Numbered from the stretch's first letter, positions 1-12,370 are shown. The stretch is DNA of 64,000 nucleotides from Heptranchias perlo (GCF_035084215.1 NC_090354.1:3410001-3474000), one strand, 5' to 3'. Made by a program: numbers and translations. Notes: generated by a model not told the origin, from the letters alone.

Positions 1-727
1 TTCTCTGAATTATCACTTTTCTGGAAATATTTGGTTCTGTTGTAACGAAAATCTAGTCACATTTTCCGATTTTTTAAAAAACAAGCTTTGATCAAGCAAC
101 AGAAAGAAAATAAAATGCCACAAAAGTGAGCGAATGAGATTAGTATTTGTCTGTTAACATTTAACACCCGCCTGCTACTTTCTCCACTCAATTTCTTAAA
201 ATCTTCACTTCCTTTCTACACCTAGCAAGTATCTTTTTAATCGATAACCCTGTAACAGTATTAGTAGTGCAATCACAAAAAGTATCACAGATCTCATAAA
301 ACACACTTTACACTGCAGAATAAAGGTGTTTTTTTCTCAATTTCCGATATATACAAACAATTCCGTTTGAAATCATGATTCTTAAATACAAGATAGACTG
401 AAATCTACACCTATGCATAGACAGTAAGCCAGACTCCCTGTAAAGTTAACAATAACTTAAGGCGGGAAGTCAAAATCGCAAGCTAAAAATATATAAACAA
501 CCAGCTGGGCAATATGACCTATTACAATCATCGGTATCAAAATATGGGATTCTCGTATTGTAAACATGTGAAAAGTGCAATGCTAACTTTTTTGGTCTTT
601 TCCCTGAGTTTATTACAAGTATAACACAAAAGGGAGGGCAAATAACATCAGTAAAATGTAATGAATGAAATTAAAGTCACATTCTCCCTTTCTATAAAGG
701 TATTGCAATATGTTTTGAAAGCCTGAG

Positions 728-1071
728 TTAAGAGGTGTGGATGTTCTCTGATGTCGACGATCTGGGCGATGTTGATGGAGAGGTAGATGCCGACTTGTCC
801 GATCCGTCTCCGTTTTCCTTTGCGGCGTTAGCGGAGAAGTGGGGAGCGAACCCTTCTTTCTCCCGCTTCTTCTGTTTCATCCTGCGGTTCTGGAACCAGA
901 TTTTTACTTGGGTTTCATTCAACTCGAGCGTGGCGGCTATCTCCACCCTCCTGGCGCGGGTTAGATACTTGTTAAAGTGGAATTCCTTCTCAAGCTCAGT
1001 TAATTGCTTCGTGGTGAAATTGGTTCGTATTGTGTTCGTCTGACCACCTATCCCGTAATCAGCAATTTTGG
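728..1071 (-). CDS. HOXB1: HoxB1 coding exon 2 (homeodomain)
   Basis: PG1 homeodomain [57 protein letters not shown]; LELNET is typical of B1. Acceptor ttttgcag|CC at 1072/1071; stop TAA at 728-730. Confidence 0.96.
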
Positions 1072-1833
1072 CTGCAAAAATAAAAGGGAAAACAATTAGA
1101 TCGACCATGAGCAACCCCCACCATTAAGCGGCAACTTCAGCACTTAGTGTCCCGGAATTTGATAGAGGCAGGAGATAAAATATAACACGAGGCTTTTAGG
1201 CTGAATTCAACTCATCTTGTTGAACGAGAAGACTCTAAAACAGAACATTAACCCTTAATTCAACCAACGCAGCGTAAATGCGAAATACTTGGTCCCTCCC
1301 GTCGGGTTTTTCTAATAAATGTTGGCCCAACTTGTTTTGTGAAGTGCTCTAAAACCAGCTCACTGTGAAACACACGTCTTAAATAATAAATTGGTAACTT
1401 ATATACAGAGATCAAGTTTCACCGAGTGAAGATACATAGACAGGCCCGTGCACATCACATTTAAAGCTGCAGTCCCGCTTTCCACAATGACCTGTCTGTC
1501 ATTTTCAGGTCAGTTTCATAAATTCAGAATCAACCGACCGCTTATCTCTTATTTACTCCAATTGATTCCGGGAAGGGGGAGGAGCGTCAGCAAATGGGTT
1601 ACTGCAAAACGATTCGAATATTGTAGGTCTTAATTTGAAAAGTTCAAACAGGGGGCAAAGTATTTTTTTATTTACTTTAGATGTTTTCGGAAGCCAATAA
1701 ATGTTAAGGTCAATGCTATTTTACAATTTTACAAAATCAATTGTGAAAGTTGGGAAGTGCTTGAATTGGATTTTCGCCAGTCCCTTGATTCACTTACAGG
1801 TAAGGAAAGGATTACAGTGCTGCTCATACTAAC

Positions 1834-2425
1834 CTGTTTTAGGAGGGTTTCTTTTCACTTTCATCCAGTCAAACGTCTGTCCCGAAGAGGATGAATCAGA
1901 GGTGCAGGAAGGTTCCTTTTCCCCTTCTTGAGATGGAGACAGATTAGCATAAGTCCCATACGCCAAGCCCTGTTGCTCTTGGCCGTAGGAATGCTGATAC
2001 TGACCCGGCCCCGAGACACTACAGTAACCGTCTGAAAGCGGATTGACAGTGGATGCTATATTGCCAGTGTACCCCGAGGTCTGAAAGTACGCCCCATCCG
2101 ATTCTTGATTGAAAAAATAATGGTGATTGTAACCCGGGTTGCAAGTTTGGGTCGTGTAGTTGTTGGGGCCTGAACTGGCGTATGGGGTTCCCAGACTGGA
2201 ATGATGCGAATAGCTGGCTGGCTGGTGCTGATGCTGGAGTGCATTGTGCGCGCTTCCTCCTACTAAGAATCGTCCATCACTATTGCAATTGTCAACGTTA
2301 CCTGCACAAGGAGCGAAAGCTGTTATCCCTTGTTCTGAATGATGGTAACCCTTGGATGAGTAGGCGCTCGTCCCACGATTACAAATTGCGTACTCTAAGA
2401 AGGAGTTCATCCTGGTATTGTCCAT
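1834..2425 (-). CDS. HOXB1: HoxB1 coding exon 1
   Basis: Starts MDNTRMNSFLEYAICNRG; hexapeptide TFDWMKVKRNPPKT; donor ACAG|GTTAGT at 1834/1833. 592+344 nt = 936 nt, in frame (311 aa). Confidence 0.95.
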
Positions 2426-2551
2426 CTGCCAGTGATGGACGGTCAACCTGTTCGGGATTCTCCCTGCCCCTGAAACCCCAAGCACTATGTCACCCAGCAA
2501 ACTTCCTCCATGGCTCGCTGGCAATCAAACGATATCACTCAAGAGGACATT

Positions 2552-2576
2552 CACGTGACCTCGAGTCGCCAATGGC
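2552..2576 (-). promoter_or_regulatory. HoxB1 proximal promoter: E-box plus CCAAT (USF/NF-Y type)
   Basis: CACGTG at 2552-2557 and CCAATGGC at 2569-2576, about 130-150 bp upstream of the ATG. Confidence 0.7.
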
Positions 2577-2610
2577 AAGGGACCTCCTGATGTTAGTGAA
2601 CTGCATGAGG

Positions 2611-2677
2611 TGATCCATCACCCCGGTGACATTTACATCACAAAAGCTTTCAATCAAAGTTATCCGCATCAATCTGA
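2611..2677 (-). promoter_or_regulatory. Hoxb1 rhombomere-4 autoregulatory element (b1-ARE)
   Basis: On the minus strand, in the known order: R1 AGATTGATG, R2 TGATTGAA (2649-2656), Sox-Oct-like TTTTGTGATGTAAAT, Prep/Meis TGTCA, R3 GGGGTGATGGAT (core 2613-2620). Confidence 0.88.
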
Positions 2678-4469
2678 TAGCAACACTTAAACGTCAAATC
2701 GGCCTTCAAAAAAAGGAGGGGGGGAGAAAGTTGGAATTATTCAAGATTGTCCTTAAAGTGTTAAAAGATTTGGTCAAACCAAGAAACACAACTGCCTACA
2801 AAACCTGGGCATACTATCTTACTGAAGCACAGCGGCGCTCAAGTAGGTAATTTAATATATATTTTAATGTTTTATTTGAATGATGCAACCTTGCAAGAAA
2901 CAAACCCATGTCTTATATGCGATTTGGGCAGTTCTTTTTATTAAAAAAAACTGATCAGGTTTAAAGGTGAACAGCTTCTCGCTTAACTTTGTTTTAAAAG
3001 TCTAGAGTAGATGGAAATTAATCAAACATATAACAGCATGGATACAGAAAAAATAGACCCGGTTGTATGGGGGAGGGGTTATAAAATAAAGCTTTCCTTT
3101 TAAATGAATTGCAATGATCTTTTGGTGAATGTTGTAGTGTACTAAAAGCTATGAAATGTCCATATGATTTTTGGAAAGGTAATGTTTCTCATGGGATGTT
3201 TGATAAAAGGTCTTATAACAAATGTAATATAGATGAGTATTATCCTGTTAGAATTGCATGTTGCTTAATTACCGTTTTTTATGTCCCAATTTTGTAATTC
3301 GCTGGGATCTACTAAAGAGTCATAAAGGCATGGGTTAAATTTAAAAGTGTAATGTAATAAAACATATCCGTGCTGTCATTTGTGTTCCTTCAGTGAAATT
3401 GTACAGGGAATTCAATGAAAGACGAAACATAAAAAATACGATGTCAATCCGATAGAATCTTTTCTGTAATTCGAGGGTTCAGCCTGGTTAGACCATTAAA
3501 ACAAAGATAATGTCTATTTGAGAGGCTTGTTTCCACCATGGAGAAATGATTGCCTTGCGAAAGTAATACATCCAATCAATTCATCAATAATATAATAAAT
3601 CAACGAATGTAAGTTGAATAGATTATATGCTTTTGAATTTTAAAAAACATTTTAAAATAAAACTTTGAAATATTCATCTTATATACCCTCAGCCTTGTCA
3701 TAAAGTTTATGGCTACCTGTAATAGATGCGGTGCTGACAGCACTAGGGGAGAAATCAGTCATCTCATTTCTCAGTGGGTGCCATATATTACTTTCCAGCA
3801 CTCAAACTGAAGTTTTGACGATTCTACACGAGGGAGGGAGGGGGTGGGGCGTTATTTTATGCATCATAAATATTTCCTCGTTTAAAGTTTTGAAGTGTAT
3901 CTTACCTAAGTCAGCAAACCCAAGTTAACTAAAAGTGGCAGAATATCTTGACAAAGTGAATGGTGATTATTCATGTTTTGGCGGAATTGAAGGCATCTCA
4001 CACAATGTCCTTCACAGTCGAGTTTCGTTAGCTGTCAGGATATGTACTATTATCTCAGCATTTAAGCACATTTAATATGTTTGACATAATAAGGTGGTTT
4101 TCCCTTTACATTCTGGGTTATCACATATATACACACAGTTTAGTGGTGATTAGCTAGAGGCCCGAGGCTTACAATTATACTAATTTACTCAGTTAACAGA
4201 AAAAGATTAATTGTACAGTATGTGATGTGTCACTGTTGCACCTAGACATTCGAGCTGTTCGTCGCCCGCCATCTGTTAGGTTCATGGCGAGCTTATATTT
4301 TCTACATAATGATACCTTATCACTGTCACCGAATTCAAGAAACATTATTTTTGCCTTCACTCATTCAGTTGGTGGATCCATATGTCACAGGCAGCTCTGG
4401 CAGCTAAGCAATTTAAATGTTTGATGTCAGCTCCATTTTGCTACTGCTTACTGCACTCTCCCCTTTAGG

Positions 4470-4750
4470 AAGAGAGAGAGAATGAGAGGGAAAGAAGGAT
4501 ACAGATGGATAAGTACAGGAAGAGATGGAGCGATATAGAGAGAATGATAGAGAGAGGGAAAGGTGATAGAAACCGTGAAGTATAGAGAGGAGAGAGGCAC
4601 AGACGAATAAATACAAAGGGAAGACAGAGATAAAGAGGGGAATGTACACAGAGAAAGGTACTCAGAAACAGAGGGATACAAGGAAAAAGCAAAGGAGTAA
4701 AAGAAAGAACGTTGGGTACAGGGAGTGAGCTGGGAAAAGGGAGAGAGAGG
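4470..4750 (+). repeat. GA-rich low-complexity polypurine tract
   Basis: Degenerate (GA)n/(GAGAG)n array; it produces three spurious overlapping minus-strand ORFs. Confidence 0.85.
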
Positions 4751-6255
4751 AATTATTTTAAGTATATAGCCATAACTGAGGTATATTACAAATTGACTGG
4801 ACCTGCACTTGTTATTTTAAGTGTCAGAATCGCGAACGGGATCCCTAATGCTGAATAATGATGTTAAAAAAAATTGGTTTGCAATACAATAGACAAGTAA
4901 CTCAACAAAGTTTCATGACAGCAATGTCCCAAACATAGCCTCTTGCTTGGGTTTCACTGGACTAATAATTTAACACAGGACCGTGAGCGTGCGCCATAAA
5001 TGCTGTTCATCCACCAGCTGCTTATTCACGATGTCAGATGTAGCCAGTGTTGGTTGAATAAAGGACCTTTGGCGAGTAAAACTTTTGGGCTAATATAACT
5101 GTAGCATCACTATTAAACACAAAGCCCTGCTCATGTTTCCTATATTTGTTGCATTTCGACAAAATAGATCCGTGTCCGACTATTCACCCCACGTGTAGCC
5201 TTCCGCCTATTATGAAAGACATTTAATTAATCATGTGAAAATAACTGTACTGACACGAATTACTTAATAGACTAGCAATTTCCATTTTAAGCTGCGTGTA
5301 AATGGAACGAACGTGTAATGACAGAAATGAATAGTACATTCAAGCCACGCTGGATTATTCAATTGATTACGATAGTTGGGAAGCGGGGATAATGCATTTG
5401 ATACCATATTATGCAACGTTAGTTGCAAGTATTTAGTTGAAGTGAACTAAAATATGTTCACTTCTCGCTGATCCATGTTCTAATCTGTTTTGTTAAAAGC
5501 AAAGAATGTAACAGCTAACGTCTATCATGCATTGAAATGAATTGAACGTTATGCTAACTGGTCATAACTGCAACTCAATGTTCAGAATCTGTTTTCGCTC
5601 TCTTGAATGCGAGAGTGATGTCACTGGCAATAAATATTTTCGGTGTAGCAGAGCCACGGAAAGTGAATTGATTCAAGATTGGGGAACCTGCTTTTCAACG
5701 AGATGTTACAAGTTTGTTTTGCTCGTGCTGTAGCTAGTTACAGATTTATAACATTTTTGGAGAGGTAGTGAACTCTTTAGTCAATATTTTAAATCGCAGT
5801 TGCATTTCTTCGGTGATTGGCTAATAATGACACAATCCTTGATGTTGATCTTTTTTATGTCAACCTCCTTTAACAATGTGATTGTATAAATCATTTCTCT
5901 GTGACTCCTTTTATCTGACTGTCTACCAAACCTATTTAGCATTGCAATCAGGTCACTGAGAAACGCTACAACTACTTCTTTACCCCTCTTATTTTTTAAA
6001 TATGTAGTTATGAAAATGTACGGCTGTCCGCTTTTCGTGTCAAGTCTTTATTTCAGAATCGTATGACCCCTTGTACTGTAGTATTTCCAGTACACAATAT
6101 TTTACCGAGAATAAGAAGGCGCCTTATTTGGGAAATACAAAATGTGCTTTTTTATTTTTGTCACAAAAACTTCATGACCTTTTTGCAAAGTGAAAAATAG
6201 TTCCATCTTTTCACAAGTGCATCGAATTCATACTGATACCCTAATGGCGTCTTAA

Positions 6256-6345
6256 GGGGGCACTGATGTCTGAGGTACCACATGAGGTCCCATCTGCCTT
6301 ACTCAATGAATGATAAGGATGCCATGGCTCTAATCATACAGCAGA
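6256..6345 (+). mobile_element. Degenerate DeuSINE-like central (Deu) domain fragment
   Basis: gaggtcccatctgccttactcaatgaatgataaggatgccatggctcta resembles the Deu-domain consensus as I recall it (GAGGCCCCGTCTGCCCTCTCAGGTGGACGTAAAAGATCCCATGGCACTA). Not database-checked. Confidence 0.5.
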
Positions 6346-7849
6346 TTTAAGCATTGTGCTGTGACCCCCTTAAAATTCCTCCTCTGTACCCTGCTTTTCC
6401 CAAGACTCCAATCTAAACCTGATGTGAAATCTCATTGGGTTATCCTGTTGAACGATCTCTAATACAATAATCCCAGAAATCAGAAACATTTCAATGTAAA
6501 AAAAAGCTCTAAATGAAGAGCCAAAGGCCGTATGTAGGACAAGCTTGAAAAGAATAGGAGAGAAGACGATGAATGAAGATGAGATAAATGAAGACGTGGT
6601 TAGGTGACACCAAATTTGGGTCCTAAAGGTCTGCAGATTATAGGAGGAAGGTAAGACCAAGAGAGAAAGAGCACTACAGTTTTGAGGCCCTGGTAAAAAA
6701 ATGGGGCTAGAGTAAAAGACGGCGAGATTGCCAGTTAGGGTGATAGTGAGGATGGCGAAATGTTGCACTTTTAAAGTCGGTTTTTTGTCTAAAATCTGTT
6801 GTAACGCATTATTTTCAGGCAAAAGCTTCGGGCACTTCAGTTGCCATAGTGATGTGCGTGCCAGCGGTGGGTGTCCATGTTGTAAGGTCTGATGGGATAG
6901 CATATGTGCACAAATATACTTATGGTAGATGATATATAGTTAGTACTTTCCCCTCTATATAATGGGAAGTGAAGCGATGTGAAAAAAAGAAATGGAACAT
7001 TTCAAAAACGAGAAACCATGCCGTGTGTTGCAGGCTGTAATGTTTCAGCCACCATCAATGGACGATTCAATACGGATAAGCAATAGGAGTCCTTCACTCT
7101 GGGATATGATTTGTAGATTTCTGTGTAAACATCAGGCAGCCTCTCTAAAGCACTATTCACTATATCCCAAGGCTTTTAAAGGTCTAATTTAGAGACTAGT
7201 AATATACAAATCCAGAACCTGGCATTTATCATTCTGACTTATGTAATCGTTTTATTATTGACATTTAGTATTTAATTGTTAAATTTATTATAGTATTTGT
7301 TTTTTAAATAATATTTAAGTTTCATTTCAGCTATCTGTTTATTGACTTCCCAGTTTCCAAGCTAATCAAAGTACATGGAGAATTATGTGCGAACAATTGA
7401 TTTTAAATTTATGAAATTGATCAGAAATTGACAAGTAGGAGGAGAAAAAAGGGATACACTATGTCTTTAAGGAAGGTCGGATTGAGTGGTTAGTTCCCAT
7501 TTATTAAGGCTGTTCTGTGGGCGTAGAATTGATTTGTAATTGTCACTGGCGTGTTCCCTGGACGTGATGCAAGTTTTACTGGTCATTATGCTATGTAAAG
7601 AGGCGCTCGTTAGAGATTTGTATTGATAACACGTCAAGGTTTACACACGTAAGCTGAAGGAGTTTCTACTCAATTAAACTGTCATGCATTTATATTAGAA
7701 TAAAGAAGAGCACATAACTCTACGGCAAGACTAAATCCTAGAATTTCCTGGAGTCTCCGCGCTCAGACTGTATTAAACACGTGAACAGAATTCTTCTGTC
7801 CAAGGGAGCCAATTCGGCCATCTGCTCTTCCAACCCTTTAATAGCCATG

Positions 7850-8090
7850 AAGCTCTTTCTCTCTTCCTCTCTGTTCACGTGTTTCTATCTGCCTTTCTCA
7901 GTGTGCCTGTCTCTGCTTCTCGCTATCTCTTTGTACATTTCTCTATCTCTGCCTATGTCACCCTGCATGTCTTCGCCTGAACCTTCCTCTCTTTCTCTTT
8001 TGGGTGCTACTCAGTCTATTTTTTTGTTGCTTATTCGCACCTTTGTTTTTCTTTCTCTCTGCCTCTGCATCCTTTTGTCTGTTTTTCACT
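7850..8090 (+). repeat. CT-rich low-complexity polypyrimidine tract
   Basis: Degenerate (CT)n/(CTGT)n array. Confidence 0.75.
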
Positions 8091-10700
8091 GTCCCTCGCG
8101 AATCTTCGACTTGAATGATGAAAAAAAAACGAAGCTTGCTAAAATTCTTATAGAAACACCATGAACGCTGCCTGCCCACAATGACCGGACGAGAACATTT
8201 CCTTGTGTGATTTGTATTTGTGAAAACCCATCGAAAAATAACAGATTAACTGCAGTCTGTAATAATATAAGTAGCATTGTACAGGAGTCGTAGTTATTCA
8301 AATAGACACAGTACCTAAAATACTGAAGACGAAGCAAAGATCAATAAACGAAAAGAATAATTAAAGAAACACGAGACAAAGGGGGGAGCAGTGGAAAGTT
8401 AAGAAGCAAAGGAGTGTAAAAGAGGATTCGATTATGTAAGTTCTTCAAAGTATCTTAAAAAGTTTTTGTTTTAAATTAGGAAACAAAGCTTGAGAATGTA
8501 AAATACAATGGAACAAAGATAATAAAAAAAACTAGTGCAGATGAAAATATTGTAGAATAATAATCAGTAACTATTGAGAATGTTTTCTGCCTGGTGAACA
8601 CACGGCGCCATTTTGAAACGGAATAAGGCGGATCCGGTGATCCTGGTGTTTGCACCATTTTCTGTGGAGAATTTCCGACGGTCCGACCAAATTCCTGTCT
8701 TGCTTGGGAAACACCCGTGACTAGGCAAATACGTAATATGATTTATTTTGTGTGTCACTGCGATTGATTTCTCGAAATGACCCCCCTCATTCATAAAGCA
8801 GCTTGATGTATGAGTTTAAGTAAAAAAAAAATTACATCTTGTAAATAAACCTCCCCTGGCAGGGCGCGTGGGACCCGGAAAGTGGTGCACAATTGCGAAT
8901 TAAAAAAAATGAACTTATGATCGATGTTGTTAGTTATTTTCTGGCGAGTTGCAGGAAGCTTTCCTCCTCTCTCTCTTCCAGTTTCTGCTGTCTAACTTAC
9001 GTTTTTGCCGCTCCCTCTTTAATATCTCAGCACTCCCTCCTGCTTTTAATTCCTAAATTCTTTTTTTTTCTAGCGTGCCAAAGTTTACGTTTTAATTTCC
9101 TCGCCGTCGTGTTATCTCTGCCTCTCTCACCATTTATTTTTCACGATACTGTTACATATCAGAGAGAGAGAGGTGGCAATTACACCCGTGTACAATCCCG
9201 GTGCATTTAAAACAACAAATCACACCAACTAAACGAGATTCAATTTCAGGAGACCCATACAGAATGAGATGTTTGTTCTCTTTTGAGAGTGTGCTTTAAA
9301 TTCTTTCACTCAGCAATGTTTAGTCAAAAGACGCGGATCAGTTTGGATGGATGGGAAAGGAATCACATTGAGACCCTCCCCCTCCCCACAGGGCATCTGC
9401 TGGTCTGTATTTATAATAAACTTTGTGTTTTCCTTTTCTTTTCTTTTCTTTTATATTCTAAGTTACTTAAATACTATTTTGGGTTAAATTTTAAAATTGG
9501 TATTCTATGGAATAACAGAAATTTCAACACAGAGGGAGGCCTTTCTGCCCATCGAGCCTGTGCTGGTCCTTGCTCCATGTTGGAGCTATCTACTTTAACC
9601 CTATTTCCCTCACCCTTTCATATTTTACTTCTTCTGGTATTTATCTATAGTATTACTCTACAACATTCTTAGAAGATTTATTTTCAGAAATCGGCGAAGC
9701 CTGGAAGCTGAAAATCTCAATTCAGCGCCTGAGTGGGGAGTTGATTGAATAACAGTCGATAATTTCGATTCACAAACAGAGGGCTCAAACACAGTTGGGA
9801 ATGAAATTAACATTTAAAAATACTATTTATTTTTAAAATATACAGTTTGCTAGACCCGTCTCACTAAACCAGCTTCGAACGTAAAGTGAACCCAAGAACA
9901 TGTAAACGTAGCGGAGAGAAGAACTCCAAGGAGGTTAAAACACTTGATGGTTACCCATTCTGTTTGTTGCTTAAAGCGATGGAATGGTACAAACCATTTA
10001 CCAGACTATATAACACCTGCGATTTTATTGTCGTAGGTCCACCAGGACCAATCTAAGTATTCAGGATAGACACATTTCTCCTTAGATAAAAATACCGCAT
10101 TTTACGTTTTTTTTGTTGTTACAGCGAATATTTCCTGAACAAGCTATTGCGGATTCAAATCATGGTGCATTATATTTCTAATAAAATAAGCACACTAACA
10201 GCCATCTTGAAACACAGACAGTGTAGGTTCATTAAAGAATTAAGTCGTTTTATTTAAACTATGAAAATAATGTACAATAAATAATTTAAAATTCACTATT
10301 TCAGAATTTGCAATAAATAGGCTACCTCTAAGACATAAAATAACTCGTCACAGTTGTCCAATTGTGAGCTATAAGATAAAGCAGCTTTACTATAAATACA
10401 ATTCAGATATATGTTTTCCTGAGTTAGTGAAAATGGGAATCTACAATTTTTGCACGGTCTTGACATCATTTATGAAACTGCAACTGAATAAAACCGTATT
10501 TAATTAAATACCTGTGCAATAAAGACTGCAATTCTTGTAGACTCCAGGTCAAGGCTGAAGAATAAATTATTTACTGTGAGATCAATCCTATATCACACAG
10601 ACTTTTATTATTCCACATTATTGTAATTTAAAATAGGAAATACTGAACATAATTTTAAACATGGCTGAACTTCTACACTCGCCCTACGTCTTGCGAATTG

Positions 10701-11416
10701 CTATTGATAACTGAGGTGCTGCAAGTCTATTGTGCAGAGAGCGCTGGTGAAAAAATCAAAGCTGTCCTCGGGGATATCCACAGGACTGTCGATGGAACCC
10801 TGCAGACTGGGAGATAATCCATCGGAGAACGGCAGATAGGAATCCGAGGAAAACATGTTTAAATCTGGCAGGGAGATCAGTTCCAAGGCCTCCGGACTGA
10901 GAGTGTCCAGACCAGCAGCACAATTCTGGCCTGTTGTAAACCCGTTTTCAGCAGTGGCCGTTAGGTAGAAGGGGCTCTTGGCTTTTCCGTCGCTGCCGCA
11001 CATTGTCAGATCCTGCAGGTTTTGGAGTTCTTTGCTAAGCGTGTTTTGGCTTTGCTTTCTGGCCTGATCGGCGCAGTTTTTATTTTCGAAGTAAGTTCCT
11101 GATGCTTCGACAGGCTGGCTGTAAGGGGAAGACTGCTCGGCTTCGTCCTCTGGAAGCGAACTGTTGGAAAAACTAACTTCCCCGTCTTGGTTTTCTTTAT
11201 ACTGGGCTTGCCTCTTGTGCTTCATGCGTCGGTTCTGGAACCAGACTTTAACTTGTCTCTCGGTCAGGTCGAGCAGGGCCGCGATCTCCACTCTGCGTGG
11301 CCTGCACAGATATTTGTTGAAGTGAAACTCCTTCTCTAGTTCCAAGAGTTGAGTGTTTGTGTAGGCTGTCCTTAATCTCCGGGAGCTGCTGCTGTTATCC
11401 TGCTCACCCTGGCCTT
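10701..11416 (-). CDS. HOXB2: HoxB2 coding exon 2 (homeodomain)
   Basis: PG2 homeodomain [58 protein letters not shown]; C-terminus [15 protein letters not shown]. Acceptor ctcttgttag|AA at 11417/11416; stop TAG at 10701-10703. Confidence 0.95.
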
Positions 11417-12006
11417 CTAACAAGAGAGAAAGAGCGTGAGGAGGAAAGTGAACGTTTTAACATGCACATTGAAAAAGATTGGAATTCCTTCTGTTGTGCA
11501 AAACGTACTCTCTCACAAATTCCACTGAAATTGGCTTTGTAAAGGTTTCTTTTTTTCCAACCGGTCAATAAGAATCTTTACCCTTTTTAAAAAAATCCTG
11601 AAATTGATAATTTCGCACGACAAAACACTTCTTTACCCCTTTTCGAATTCCTGCAGCTTTTAAGAGTTTGATCAACATGGCCGCCGAAAATGCAAATACC
11701 AGGATCTAAAATATATCTAAACACTTTCACAATATAATAAGACAAATCGCATATTAAAACAACATTAAATAAAATATTACAATAAATCAGCATTTTAGAG
11801 CCAAGCACTGGATCCGTCAGACAATTATAAATGCATTTCATAAATCACCCAGCAATAACATTATAGATTAACCCGTGTTTTATAAAACGTTGTCATCTAC
11901 GCTCTAATTGGAACGGATACGGTACACTTAAGTTTGACTTTTGTAAACTACGTATTAAAAATAGATTATATAAACGATGCAGAGAAAATCTGGGCTTCGG
12001 GCAGAC

Positions 12007-12370
12007 CTGTCGGAGACTCAGCCGCTTGAGAGGACCCAGGGACCGGTGCTGACAGTGACAGAAGTCCCTCGTTGTTTTTCTTCGACGACTTTTTCTCTTT
12101 CATCCACGGGAACTCGGCTGCGGCAGCAGATGGGAATGGGCCATTTGGAGGCCGCTTTTCGCGACTTGGCCGCGGCTGGTTGCTGCTGGGATTCAGGCTC
12201 GGGATGGTCTGCTCAAAAGGAGGAGGAATTAGTGTCGAGTGTGAAAGCGTCGAGTTCTTGATTGATGAACTTTGAAATGTATCAACGACAGCAGGGAAGG
12301 ACGTCAGGCACTCGGCGAGCGAAGGCTGGCTGTTAATGAAACCAATCTCTCGCTCCAATTCGAAATTCAT
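12007..12370 (-). CDS. HOXB2: HoxB2 coding exon 1
   Basis: [26 protein letters not shown]; hexapeptide EFPWMKEKK; donor ACAG|GTCTGC at 12007/12006. 364+716 = 1080 nt, in frame (359 aa). Confidence 0.92.

Noticed and set aside
735-1043. Antisense and alternative-frame ORFs overlapping Hox exons (also 2182-2613, 17620-17898, 18689-19012, 38579-38770, 53842-54312, 57673-57969)
   Set aside because: Shadow ORFs caused by homeobox codon bias; no recognisable domains.
2426-2524. N-terminal extensions of HoxB1, HoxB3 (19176) and HoxB4 (39586) in the ORF track
   Set aside because: They begin at non-ATG codons upstream of the conserved initiator Met.
4279-4295. GGTTCA-TGGCG-AGCTTA as the Hoxb1 5' RARE
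   Set aside because: The second half-site has two mismatches and the described 5' element is a DR2; no convincing DR2 was seen upstream of HoxB1.
4413-4692. Three overlapping Ser/Leu-rich ORFs (also 7781-8164 and 62636-63077)
   Set aside because: Translations of GA, CT and TG simple repeats.
6370-6903. 177-aa minus-strand ORF
   Set aside because: No recognisable domain or splice structure; lies in probable degenerate retroposon sequence.
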